Shown here piece after piece: positions 8,406-17,735 of a stretch of 64,000 nt of DNA. The number at the start of each line of letters is the position of its first letter. The stretch's first letter is position 1. Origin of the DNA: Candidatus Aminicenantales bacterium (GTDB lineage Bacteria > Acidobacteriota > Aminicenantia > Aminicenantales > Saccharicenantaceae); NCBI GenBank assembly GCA_049512315.1, contig JBEKXF010000007.1, positions 1 to 64,000 of the forward strand, written 5' to 3'. The notes under the pieces were generated by a model. It was not told where the DNA came from, did no database searches, and saw only the letters and a program-made list of their open reading frames with translations. The translations under genes and the position numbers were made by a program.

Positions 8406-8498
8406 CGGATGCTTGTGAGCCTTTCCGTACGGCCTCGAGCATCGCCGGCTGCTCGACCGACCCAGGCCACCCTCACAATTTCCTCAAGGTGTGATAAG

Positions 8499-9827
8499 AT
8501 GTCGCCGGATCTTGCCGAGGGGACGAGGAAGCTGGCCATCAACAGAAAAACGGCCTGGCTGGGGGGGCTGATGGTCTTCGGCCTCATCCGGGCCCTCGGC
8601 TTCGCCGGCGAGACGGCCCCGGCCCGTTTCACGCTCAGCCTCGCCGAGCGGTTCCGGTTCGAGGCCTGGGACAACGCCATCAACCTCGATGATGCCTCGG
8701 CCGAGGGCTTCGCCTATACCCGGAACAAGACGACCCTCGGGATCCGCTGGCTGGTCGCGAAAAATCTGGAGGTCACAGCCAAGGTCACAAACGAGTTCCG
8801 CGTTTATCTGGCCCCCAAGGACCGCGCGTTCACCTGGCACGAGGTTTTTTTCGACGATCTTTTCGTCAAATGGAGGATCCCCAGCCGGCTGCCCCTGACC
8901 ATCACGGCCGGCCGCCAGGACATCTTTCTCGGCGAGGGGTTCGTCGTCGCCGACGGAACGCCGCTCGACGGCTCCCGGTCCTTCTACTTCAACGCCGTCC
9001 GGTTCGACTATGATCTCCAGGCGGACCATAAGCTGACCTTCTTCCTCCACGCCATGGACAGGACCGACAGGTTTCTGCCCGTCCTCAACGACCGGGCCCA
9101 GGCCCTCGTCGAGCAGCCGGAGAGGGCCCTGGCCCTCTACTATTCTGGCGGGTTACGGAAGCTCAAGCTCGATGCCTACCTCATCCGGAAATGGGTCACC
9201 GCCCCGGACCCGGGCACCGTCCGCTCCCGGATCAACACGTGGGGCGCCCGGGCCCAGTGGCCCGTCCTCGCGCCCCTTCTTCTGACGGTCGAGGGGGCGC
9301 TCCAGGCCGGGTCCTACGGCGAGGCGGGGAGGGCGGCCTTCGGCGGGATTTCCCACCTCGATTTCACTCCTCACTGGCGATTCCCATGGCTCAAAACCCT
9401 GATGCTCGGCGGGATCTATCTCAGCGGCGACGACCCGGGGACGGCGAGGAAGGAGGGCTGGGACCCCGTCTTCAGCCGCTGGCCCAAGTGGAGCGAGGGC
9501 TACATCTATACGCTCATCCGTGAAAGCCGGATCGCCTACTGGAGCAACCTGAATTCGATTTACGGCTCGCTCCTCTTTGATTTCGGAGCCCGGGCCAACG
9601 CCGCGTTGACGCTCCATCGCCTCGGCGCCATTGAGCCCCAGCCGGGCGAATTTCCAGGCGGGACGGGCCGCAAGCGCGGGACGCTCCTCGTCGGCCGGCT
9701 GAACTTCACCGTCAGCAGGACCCTCTCGGGACATCTCCAGTGGGACCATTTCGAGCCGGGGGATTTCTACAGGCCCGGCGCGAGCGACTTCAACTGGCTC
9801 CGGTTCGAGTTCTTGTTCAGATATTGA
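8499..9827 (+). CDS. Alginate-export-family outer-membrane beta-barrel (start uncertain)
   Basis: ERFRFEAW, GRQDIFLGEGFVV.DG, YLSGDDP motifs; C-terminal aromatic beta-signal (FLFRY). Confidence 0.75.
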   Translation: MSPDLAEGTRKLAINRKTAWLGGLMVFGLIRALGFAGETAPARFTLSLAERFRFEAWDNAINLDDASAEGFAYTRNKTTLGIRWLVAKNLEVTAKVTNEFRVYLAPKDRAFTWHEVFFDDLFVKWRIPSRLPLTITAGRQDIFLGEGFVVADGTPLDGSRSFYFNAVRFDYDLQADHKLTFFLHAMDRTDRFLPVLNDRAQALVEQPERALALYYSGGLRKLKLDAYLIRKWVTAPDPGTVRSRINTWGARAQWPVLAPLLLTVEGALQAGSYGEAGRAAFGGISHLDFTPHWRFPWLKTLMLGGIYLSGDDPGTARKEGWDPVFSRWPKWSEGYIYTLIRESRIAYWSNLNSIYGSLLFDFGARANAALTLHRLGAIEPQPGEFPGGTGRKRGTLLVGRLNFTVSRTLSGHLQWDHFEPGDFYRPGASDFNWLRFEFLFRY

Positions 9828-9886
9828 TCATATCCATTTATTTATTATCCAGCCCGGTTTTGATATGATGTTTGGCTGGCCGGGTC

Positions 9887-11359
9887 ATGGACCAAGCGAA
9901 CCAACCAACCGTCTTTGATGTCGTCGTCATCGGGGGCGGCGTCGTCGGCTGCGCCGTCCTCCGGGAGCTTTCCCGCTACGACCTCCGGATCCTCCTCCTC
10001 GAAAAGGAGGCCGACCTGGCCGAGGGCATCAGCAAGGCCAACAGCGGCGTCATCCACGGCGGGTTCAACGTCCCTCCCGGGTCCCTCAAGGCCAGGACCA
10101 ACGTCGCCGGCCTCAGGAAAATCTACGGGCTCGCTTCCGAGCTCCACGTCCCCCACCGGAAGACCGGGAAGCTCGTCATCGCCCTGACGGACGCGGAGCG
10201 TCCCCGGCTCGAAGAGCTCAAGTCCGACGGCGACCGGAGCGGCACGCCGGACCTCGAGATCGTCGGCGAGAGCGCGATCCGCGGGATCGAGCCCCTGGCC
10301 CGCGGCCGTTGGGCCCTTTATTCGCCGCACACCGGCATCATCTCCCCCTATGAGTTCACCATCGCCCTGGCCGAGTGCGCCCGCCGGAACGGAGCCCAGG
10401 CCCTCCTCGAGGCGGCGGTCGGGTCCGTCGAGTCCCGGCCCGGGTCTTTCCATCTCGGAACGCCCCGGGGGGCCTTCGCCGCCCGATGGGTCATCAACAG
10501 CGCGGGTCTGTTCGCCGACGAGGTCGCCCGGCTGGCCGGGATCACCGACTACCGGATCTTCCCTTACCGCGGCGAATACCTCATCACCGACAAGGACCCG
10601 GGGTTCCGCCTCCGGCTGCCCCTTTATCCCGTTCCGCCCAAGGACGATCCCGGGCTGGGCATCCACGTCACGCCGACCATGGAAGGCAACGTCATCCTCG
10701 GCCCGAGCGCCGAGGCCGTCGGCGACAGGACGGACACTGCCTCGACCAGCCCGGTCATGGACCGGCTCAAGGACGAAGCCGGCCGGCTCATGCCGGAGCT
10801 CGGACGCGCGCCCTTCATCCACAGTTATGCCGGAATCCGCCCGAAGCTCGTCGACCCCGGAGGCCGGGAGAAATTCCGGGATTTCGTGGTCGAGGAAAGC
10901 GGCGTCCGACCCGGCTGGGTCAATCTCCTGGGGATCGAATCGCCCGGTCTGACCTCGGCCCCGGCCATCGCGGAGATGGTCGCCGGGATGATCGGCGCGA
11001 GGGTAAACCTGCGGCTCAAGCCGGATTTTGTCCCCGAGCTTCCGGCGAACCCCCGCTTCGCCGCGCTCGACGACGACGACCGGGCCGCCAGAGTCGTGGC
11101 GAACCCCGACTGGGGCGAGATGGTCTGCCGTTGCGAGCACGTGACCCGGGCCGAGGTCGCGGCCGCCCTCCGCAACCCGTTCGGCGCCCGGACCATGGAC
11201 GCCGTCAAGCGCCGGACCCGCTGCGGCATGGGCCGCTGCCAGGGCGGCTTTTGCACGCCGCGGATCGTTGAGATCCTCCAGGAAGAGGGCGTGCCCCTCG
11301 AGCGGATCACAAAGAGGGGAGGCGGCTCCCGCCTCTTTTACGGACGGATCAAGAGCTGA
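9887..11359 (+). CDS. FAD-dependent oxidoreductase (GlpA/LhgO-like) with C-terminal BFD-like [2Fe-2S] domain
   Basis: DVVVIGGGVVG, SKANSGVIH.G, GIESPGLTSAPA, CRCE..RTRCGMGRCQGGFC. Confidence 0.92.
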   Translation: MDQANQPTVFDVVVIGGGVVGCAVLRELSRYDLRILLLEKEADLAEGISKANSGVIHGGFNVPPGSLKARTNVAGLRKIYGLASELHVPHRKTGKLVIALTDAERPRLEELKSDGDRSGTPDLEIVGESAIRGIEPLARGRWALYSPHTGIISPYEFTIALAECARRNGAQALLEAAVGSVESRPGSFHLGTPRGAFAARWVINSAGLFADEVARLAGITDYRIFPYRGEYLITDKDPGFRLRLPLYPVPPKDDPGLGIHVTPTMEGNVILGPSAEAVGDRTDTASTSPVMDRLKDEAGRLMPELGRAPFIHSYAGIRPKLVDPGGREKFRDFVVEESGVRPGWVNLLGIESPGLTSAPAIAEMVAGMIGARVNLRLKPDFVPELPANPRFAALDDDDRAARVVANPDWGEMVCRCEHVTRAEVAAALRNPFGARTMDAVKRRTRCGMGRCQGGFCTPRIVEILQEEGVPLERITKRGGGSRLFYGRIKS

Positions 11360-11362
11360 GCG

Positions 11363-12667
11363 ATGGAAACGATGAGCGACGTAACGCGCCAGGGCGTGGA
11401 CAATCGGGGACTGTCCCCCCGGGAGGGGCCTGCCCGTCCTTATGACGTCGTCGTCATCGGCGGAGGCCCGGCCGGGCTGGCCGCGGCCCTGGGCGCCCGG
11501 CGGGCCGGGGCGAAGGACGTCCTCCTCATCGAGCGCGACAAGCGGCTCGGCGGCATCCTCAACCAGTGCATCCACGACGGCTTCGGCCTCTTCCTCTACA
11601 ACGAGACGATCACCGGCCCGGAATACGCGGAACGGCTGATCGAAGACGTCGGCCGGGAAGGGATCCGATGCGAGACGGGGGCCATGGTCCTCGACCTCAC
11701 CGCCGACCGCGTCCTGCGCGTCAACGCCCGCTCCGGTTACCGGCTCATCAAGGCGTCGAGCGTCATCCTGGCCATGGGCTGCCGCGAGCGGACCCGGGAG
11801 ATGATCGAGATCCCGGGGACCCGGCCGGCCGGGATTTTCACCGCCGGCTCGGCCCAGAACCTCGTCAACCTCCAGAACATCCGGATCGGGAACGAGGCCG
11901 TCATCCTCGGGTCCGGGGATATCGGGCTGATCATGGCCCGGAGGCTGACGTTCGAAGGGATCGCCGTCAAAGGCGTCTTCGAGCTTCTGCCCTGGACGAG
12001 CGGCCTCGAGCGCAACGTCCGGCAGTGCCTGATGGATTTCGGCATCCCGCTCGAGCTCTCGTCGACGGTCGTCGAGGTCAGGGGCCGGGACCGGGTGGAG
12101 AGCGTGGCCGTGGCCAGGGTGGACGGGGACCTCCGGCCCGTCCCCGGCTCGGAGCGCGAGGTCCGGTGCGACACGCTCCTCCTTTCCGTGGGGCTGATCC
12201 CGGAGAATGAGCTTTCGAAGAGGGCTGGCCTCGAGCTCTCTCCGCTCACCGGCGGGGCCGTCGTGGACGAGACCCTGATGACCTCCGTCCCCGGCATTTT
12301 CTCCTGCGGGAACGTCCTTCACATCCATGACGTCGCGGATTTCGCCTCCCATGAAGGGTTCGCGGCGGGGGCGTTCGCGGCCCGGTTCGCCCGCAGCGAG
12401 CTCCTCCCCGCGGTCAGACTCCGCATCACGCCGGGTCCGAATATCCGTTACGCCCTGCCCCAGCTTATCCGGCCGGGAACGGCTGACTTCGACCTGAGCT
12501 TCCGGGTGACCCGGCCCGTGCGGGCCTGCCGGGTCGTGGTCCGCGGCCGGAGCTCGGGGAAGGCTTATTTTCAGAAAAAGTACGGACGGCTGCTTCCCTC
12601 GGAACTCCAGAGGATCAAGGTCCGCCCGGCCGTCGGGGAGGACTTGGAGGTCGAATGCCATGAGTGA
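11363..12667 (+). CDS. Pyridine nucleotide-disulfide family NAD(P)/FAD oxidoreductase
   Basis: YDVVVIGGGPAGLAAA, GGILNQCIH.GFG, AMGCRER, GSGDIGLIMARR, GIFSCGNVLHIHD. Confidence 0.92.
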   Translation: METMSDVTRQGVDNRGLSPREGPARPYDVVVIGGGPAGLAAALGARRAGAKDVLLIERDKRLGGILNQCIHDGFGLFLYNETITGPEYAERLIEDVGREGIRCETGAMVLDLTADRVLRVNARSGYRLIKASSVILAMGCRERTREMIEIPGTRPAGIFTAGSAQNLVNLQNIRIGNEAVILGSGDIGLIMARRLTFEGIAVKGVFELLPWTSGLERNVRQCLMDFGIPLELSSTVVEVRGRDRVESVAVARVDGDLRPVPGSEREVRCDTLLLSVGLIPENELSKRAGLELSPLTGGAVVDETLMTSVPGIFSCGNVLHIHDVADFASHEGFAAGAFAARFARSELLPAVRLRITPGPNIRYALPQLIRPGTADFDLSFRVTRPVRACRVVVRGRSSGKAYFQKKYGRLLPSELQRIKVRPAVGEDLEVECHE

Positions 12668-13028
12668 CCATTCGCCCGTGGACCGCTTGACCTGCATCCT
12701 CTGCCCGGTCGGCTGCGAGCTCGAGGTCGGCCGCACGGAGAGGGGCCTGGATATTCAGGGCCACCAATGCGAAAAAGGGATTGAATTCGCGACGGAAGAG
12801 GTCCTCTACCCCAAGCGCAACCTGGCGACCTCGGTCCCGGTCAAGGGATCGGCCACGCGGCTCGTTTCCGTGCGGCTGAGCGACCGCGTGGCGAGAGAGA
12901 TGATCTTCCCGATCCTCGCCGAGATCGCGAAGCTCAGGCCCGAGGCGCCCATCCGGCGCGGCCAGGTCCTCATCGCCGACGTCCTCGGGACTGGCGTCGA
13001 CGTCATCGCCACCCGGACCGTCGAATAA
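12660..13028 (+). CDS. DUF1667 family CxxC protein
   Basis: TCILCPVGC, G.QC.KG, G.DVIATR; usual third gene of this module. Confidence 0.88.
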   Translation: MSDHSPVDRLTCILCPVGCELEVGRTERGLDIQGHQCEKGIEFATEEVLYPKRNLATSVPVKGSATRLVSVRLSDRVAREMIFPILAEIAKLRPEAPIRRGQVLIADVLGTGVDVIATRTVE

Positions 13029-14937
13029 GGATGGCCAGGGTTTCGAGGTGAGGGGTGTGGGGGAAGAAATCGAAGGGCGCGATCGTTTCGATCGCGTAAT
13101 CATGGGCGATGAAGCGCTTCAGGTCCTTGGCCAGGGCCCCCGGGTTGCAGGAGACATAGGCTATTTTCGGGACGTTCAGGGCTAAAATGTGTTTCATAGC
13201 CTGCGGAGAGAGCCCGGGCCGGGGGGGATCGAGGACGAGGACATCCGGCGGCTCGCCGGACGGCTCTTTCAGGAAATCCTCGACCGTCCGGGCGACGAAC
13301 GAGCAATTCCCGATCCCGTTCCCGGCGGCGTTCTCTTCGGCGTTCCGGACGTTCTCCGGGAGCGAGTCGACGCCGATCATTTTTCCGGCCCCGCGGGCGA
13401 GGGAGATCTCGATGGCCCCGGAGCCGCAGTAAAGGCCCAGCACCCGGCTCTGGAGGGTCAGGCCGGCCAGCTCCGTGATCTTCCGGTACAGGAGCTCGGC
13501 CGCCGCGGTATTCGTCTGGAAGAACGTCCGCGGATAGATCCGGAAGTCGAGGCCGCCGAGCTTTTCCCCGATCCCGAGTGTGCCCGAGAGAAGCCGGGCT
13601 TCGTCGAAGCCGACGATGTCCGACCTCCGGCCGTTCGCGACATGCCAGAAACTCTTAAGTCGGGGCGAAAGCGTGGCCAGCTTCCCGGCGAGGACCTCGA
13701 AATCGGCCCGGGCGCCCGGCGCGGTCACCAGGAGGACCATGAGGTCGCCCGTCCGCTTGCCTTCGCGCAGGACCAGGTGGCGAAGGCCCCCCCGGCCCGT
13801 CCTGGGGTTGTGGGCCGTGAGCCCTCTCTCCCCGGCAAACTCGAGGACGGCCGGAAAGATCTCTTCGACCACGGGGCTGAAAATCGGACATTGGGTGAGG
13901 CCGATCGTCCGCCCCCTGGACTTGCGGCGGGGATCGCCCCTTTCGCGGAGACCGATCACGAGCTTTCCCCAGCTCTCGGCGAAGGCGAACTCCATCTTGT
14001 TTCGGTAATGGTAAATGTCGGGCGACGGCGTGACAGGCCGGATGCCGCCAGGGCCGGGCTCCGCTATGCCGGCCTCGTTCAGGATCCTCCGGAGGTGCCT
14101 CTCCTTGAGCTCGAGCTGCTTTCCGTAATCCAGGTTCTGGAAGAGACAGCCGCCGCATTCCCCGAAGTGCGGGCAGCGGGGCTCGGCCCTTGACGGGGAC
14201 CGTTTCTCCAAGCGGACGATCTCGGCCAACTCCGTGCCGCGGCCCTCTCCCACGACCTGGACCCGGGCTCTATCTCCGACGACCGCCCCGGGGACGAGGA
14301 TGGTCCGCCCGCCGTGCCTGACGACACCGGAGCTCCCCGGGAAGTCCACGTCCTCGACGTCCAGGCTGAGGAGTGGGACTCTGAACCGGGCCAGCATGGC
14401 CGCCACTTTCTTCACGGGAAAGCCGACGACGTTGTCGAAGTCACCTTTGAGACGCCGGACGAACTCGTCCCCGATGTCCTGGACGGCGTACGCCCCCGCC
14501 TTGTCCAAGTATTCCTCCCGGTCGAGATAGGCCTCGATCATCTCGTCGGCCAGCGGACGGAACGTCACGTACGTCAGCTCGTAACCGGTGAGGAGCCGGT
14601 CCTCGTTCTGGTGATAGAACGCCAGGCCGGTGATCACGCGATGACGGCGGCCGGAGAGGAGCTTGAGCATGGCCCGGGCCGAGCCGCGGTCCCCCGGCTT
14701 CCCGAGGATCCGGTGCTCGAGGGCCACGACGGTATCGGCCCCGATGACGATGGCCTCCGGAAAGGACCCGGCGGCGGCCCTGGCCTTCAGGACGGCGGCC
14801 TCGACGGCGACTCTCACCGGGTCGGCCTGGGGGACCGACGTCTCATCCACATCGACGGGAAAAACGCGGAAATCCGGTGTGATGCCGGCCATGAGCTCCC
14901 TCCGGCGCGGCGACCGCGAGGCGAGAACAATGTCCAT
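13003..14937 (-). CDS. Fusion of Maf nucleoside-triphosphate pyrophosphatase and RlmD/TrmA-family RNA (uracil-5)-methyltransferase
   Basis: N-term IVLASRSPRRRELM, IGADTVV, LGKP, DKAGAY, NVVGFP; C-term CPHFGECGGC, YRNK, FFQTN, LDPPRPG, YVSCNP, FPHTPHLE; one continuous frame. Confidence 0.93.
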   Translation of the reverse strand: MDIVLASRSPRRRELMAGITPDFRVFPVDVDETSVPQADPVRVAVEAAVLKARAAAGSFPEAIVIGADTVVALEHRILGKPGDRGSARAMLKLLSGRRHRVITGLAFYHQNEDRLLTGYELTYVTFRPLADEMIEAYLDREEYLDKAGAYAVQDIGDEFVRRLKGDFDNVVGFPVKKVAAMLARFRVPLLSLDVEDVDFPGSSGVVRHGGRTILVPGAVVGDRARVQVVGEGRGTELAEIVRLEKRSPSRAEPRCPHFGECGGCLFQNLDYGKQLELKERHLRRILNEAGIAEPGPGGIRPVTPSPDIYHYRNKMEFAFAESWGKLVIGLRERGDPRRKSRGRTIGLTQCPIFSPVVEEIFPAVLEFAGERGLTAHNPRTGRGGLRHLVLREGKRTGDLMVLLVTAPGARADFEVLAGKLATLSPRLKSFWHVANGRRSDIVGFDEARLLSGTLGIGEKLGGLDFRIYPRTFFQTNTAAAELLYRKITELAGLTLQSRVLGLYCGSGAIEISLARGAGKMIGVDSLPENVRNAEENAAGNGIGNCSFVARTVEDFLKEPSGEPPDVLVLDPPRPGLSPQAMKHILALNVPKIAYVSCNPGALAKDLKRFIAHDYAIETIAPFDFFPHTPHLETLAILIRRSGWR

Positions 14938-15043
14938 CGAGGATCTTTTTACCATGATTCGTCGGGTGAGGCCAGGCCTGCGATTTCAGGGGGTCGTTCT
15001 CTTCCGGGCGCCGCGAGCCCCGATCGTCCTCTTTCAGGCGACC

Positions 15044-15730
15044 TCACCAGATGTGCGGCAGGAGCCGGAACTTGACCGCGTTGGCGTATTGTTTGTAACC
15101 CTCGAGCTCGGCGATGAGGGCGTTATCCTCGAGAACGGTCCGGACGACCAGCAGCAGGGCGGCCACCGCGGAGGGGATGAGGGCCACGAAAGACCCCAGC
15201 AGAAGCGGCGCGCTCAGACCGAAGGTCAAACCTCCGAGATACCCCGGGTGCCGGCAATATCGGTAGGGGCCTTCGCGGCAGACGGTGTGTCCCCGCTCCT
15301 CCTGGATCCGGACGACGCTCGAGAAAAAGTTGTTGACCCGCTTGGCCCAGAGCATGAGGGACTGCCCCAGGCAATAGGCCACGATGACGCCGAGATAGAG
15401 CAGCAGAGGCAGGCGGTGCGTCCAGTGGTTCCGCCCAGCGTCGAGCCCGGCTACGACGAGGGACAGGAAATAAAGGGGCGCCGAAACGGCCCAATAGACT
15501 CTGTCCCAGGTCTTCATCCCCCCTCCCGGGAACATGCGCTCCCGGCGGAGGGACGGATTGTCCCGGAGGAACCAGTTGGTCACGCCGATGAAGATGACGT
15601 TGATCGCGATGTAGATCCAGGCCTGCCAGTAGTCGATCCGGCCGCCCGCGAGAAGGAGCAGGACGATGAGCCCGGTCACGCCGAGGATGCTCCGGAACCA
15701 GAGCTGGGCTTTCATTTTTTCTTTGTCCAC
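15044..15730 (-). CDS. Isoprenylcysteine carboxyl methyltransferase (ICMT/PEMT)-family membrane protein
   Basis: Multiple TM helices; GPYRYCRHPGY, R..LED..L, GY.QY...V..RL.P..W. Confidence 0.9.
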   Translation of the reverse strand: MDKEKMKAQLWFRSILGVTGLIVLLLLAGGRIDYWQAWIYIAINVIFIGVTNWFLRDNPSLRRERMFPGGGMKTWDRVYWAVSAPLYFLSLVVAGLDAGRNHWTHRLPLLLYLGVIVAYCLGQSLMLWAKRVNNFFSSVVRIQEERGHTVCREGPYRYCRHPGYLGGLTFGLSAPLLLGSFVALIPSAVAALLLVVRTVLEDNALIAELEGYKQYANAVKFRLLPHIW

Positions 15731-15969
15731 GTCTCAGCTCCCGGCGGACCCGAGGCTCTGTCCGAACTCGGCAGATCACGCCGCTCGATCCGGAACCCGC
15801 ACGCCTTGGATTCGCCCCCGCCGGACCGCACCACCGTGGCGACGAGCGCCACGCCCATCACGATCACTTTATTGGAGTCCGCGGAAAAAAGCAATGCCGT
15901 CTTTCCGTCCGATTTCGTCCGCGATGATATTCTCCGGGCGGGCAGACGGTTGAACCGTCCCCTGGAAAT

Positions 15970-15994
15970 GGAATAATTTACTGTTCGGGTCGTC
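15970..15994 (+). promoter_or_regulatory. Putative ECF-type autoregulatory promoter
   Basis: GGAATA-N15-CGTC immediately upstream of the ECF sigma gene. Confidence 0.45.
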
Positions 15995-16019
15995 TTTTCT
16001 TATGAATAAAGGAAGAGTG

Positions 16020-16538
16020 ATGCCGACGAAGGATGAATCGACGCTCTTCGAGGAGATGATGACCTACCGGGAAGATGTCTTCCGGATCTGCCTGGGGTTT
16101 TCCCGGAACCCCTCCGATGCCGAGGACCTCAGCCAGGACGTCTACCTCAAGGCCTATAAAAATGTCGGCAAAATCCACACTCCGTACGCCGTTAAGGAAT
16201 GGCTTTTCCGGGTTACCCGGACGACTTGCCTCGACCATCACAAAAAATTGAGGATCGCCCGCCTGTTCCAGCAGCGGGCTTCCAATCCCTCCGGCGGCCC
16301 AGGGCCGGTGACTCCGGAATATTCGGCAGAGGACAACGAGCGGCTGAAGGCCCTCAAGGAAGCCGTCGGCCGGCTGCCCAAGAAGCTGCGGGAAGTCTTC
16401 GTCCTCCGCGAGTACGGACACGCTTCGTACCAGGAGCTGGCCCGGACTCTCGGAATCAAAGAAGGGACGGTGATGTCCCGCTTGAGCCGGGCCCGGAGGG
16501 CCGTGGCAAATTCCGTGAAAGAGGACCTCCATGGGTGA
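16020..16538 (+). CDS. ECF RNA polymerase sigma factor
   Basis: DAEDLSQDVYLKAY, WLFRV region 2; LP...REVFVLR...SYQELA..LGI..GTVMSRLSRAR region 4; alternative start 16002. Confidence 0.93.
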   Translation: MPTKDESTLFEEMMTYREDVFRICLGFSRNPSDAEDLSQDVYLKAYKNVGKIHTPYAVKEWLFRVTRTTCLDHHKKLRIARLFQQRASNPSGGPGPVTPEYSAEDNERLKALKEAVGRLPKKLREVFVLREYGHASYQELARTLGIKEGTVMSRLSRARRAVANSVKEDLHG

Positions 16539-17085
16539 AAAATGGGATGATCGAGAATTCAAGGACATCGCCTGGCTGATCCGCGAAGATGAGGATCGGG
16601 CCCTTGAAATTTTCCGGCAGCGGAACTTCGATCAGACAATACGGACCCAGGTCGCGGCTGTCTCAGATCGGAAACACAGTTTCTCCGGTCTGAGCATGGC
16701 CGTTCCGGTCTCGGTTGCCGTGCTCCTCCTGATCGCCTTAGGGACCGTCCTCCTGGTCACCTGGAGGCCATCGCTGGGTCCCCGGAGCGGGCCCGGCCCG
16801 ATCGCCCTGATCCTCAAAGACCTGCCCGGAGTTTCCGACTTCGTCATGCCGAGAGAGACGCTCCCCGCCGGAGCGGCCGAGACTTTCGGCCCCGCCCGGA
16901 CCGTCCGGATCGTCCTGGCCATGGCGACCCGGCAGAAAATGGAGGAAGAACGAAGGGCCGCGGCTCCGACGGGAAATCTGAAGGTCCCCCGTCTCAGCCT
17001 GGAGAAAAAAATGCAGATCCTATTTAAAGAGAGGCCGATCGAGCGGGTGCTCGTTTCGATTCTTAAAAAATCCGAGGAGGTCTGA
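16531..17085 (+). CDS. Putative single-TM anti-sigma factor
   Basis: Overlaps the sigma stop codon; one hydrophobic helix near residues 57-78. Confidence 0.65.
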   Translation: MGEKWDDREFKDIAWLIREDEDRALEIFRQRNFDQTIRTQVAAVSDRKHSFSGLSMAVPVSVAVLLLIALGTVLLVTWRPSLGPRSGPGPIALILKDLPGVSDFVMPRETLPAGAAETFGPARTVRIVLAMATRQKMEEERRAAAPTGNLKVPRLSLEKKMQILFKERPIERVLVSILKKSEEV

Positions 17086-17086
17086 A

Positions 17087-17611
17087 ATGACGAAGAACAG
17101 AATCTTTCCGGTGATCGCGGTTTGCGCATTAGCGCTGAACCTGACGGCCTATGAAGTGACGTCCGCGCCGGAAAAAAAGGCCGGATACGCTCTTCTGGAC
17201 CAGTATATCAGGACCTTCCAGGAGATGGCGACGAGAGGGACGGGGGGGCCGGACGTCCTGGAGCCGTACCTGCAAAAAATGGCGGCCGATACCAAGAAAG
17301 CCAAGGAGCAGGCGGAGATCGATCCTGTCTTTTACACCCATTTCTCACGAATCCTGGCCATGACCAAGCTCTTCGTGAAACCCGACCCCGGCAACATTCT
17401 CAAGCCCCTGATCGACCGGGAAGCGGCCAACTTCGTCAAGGACATCACGGGGGAGGATCTCATCACAACCGGCGGGGCGCCCGCGATCAGCCAGGTGGCC
17501 AATGCCCTCGCTGAGGAGATCGTCAACCTCCAAATCCACCTGGACACTTTGGACAGGCGGGAGGCCATCCGGAAGAAGCTGGACGAACGCATCGCCGGGC
17601 CTAAGAAGTGA
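17087..17611 (+). CDS. Exported hypothetical protein in the ECF operon
   Basis: SD GAGGAGG; signal peptide; followed by a terminator. Confidence 0.75.
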   Translation: MTKNRIFPVIAVCALALNLTAYEVTSAPEKKAGYALLDQYIRTFQEMATRGTGGPDVLEPYLQKMAADTKKAKEQAEIDPVFYTHFSRILAMTKLFVKPDPGNILKPLIDREAANFVKDITGEDLITTGGAPAISQVANALAEEIVNLQIHLDTLDRREAIRKKLDERIAGPKK

Positions 17612-17641
17612 GGGGATCAACCGGACCCCATACGGGAATTC

Positions 17642-17675
17642 GCCCGCCTCTCGCGGCCGGGAGGCGGGCCTTTTT
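17642..17675 (+). terminator. Intrinsic terminator
   Basis: gcccgcctc/gaggcgggc stem followed by TTTTT. Confidence 0.8.
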
Positions 17676-17735
17676 GTGGGGGCACGGTTGCCTCGGAGGA
17701 GCCGTCTCGCTTAGAATATCGCCGGAGATCATCAC

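Noticed and set aside
13003..13028. 26-bp convergent overlap of DUF1667 and Maf-RlmD genes
   Set aside because: Short tail-to-tail overlaps are common in compact GC-rich genomes
15712..15894. 60-aa minus-strand ORF loosely like a PilZ C-terminal fragment
   Set aside because: No RxxxR or DxSxxG motif and no clear SD; too weak to call a pseudogene
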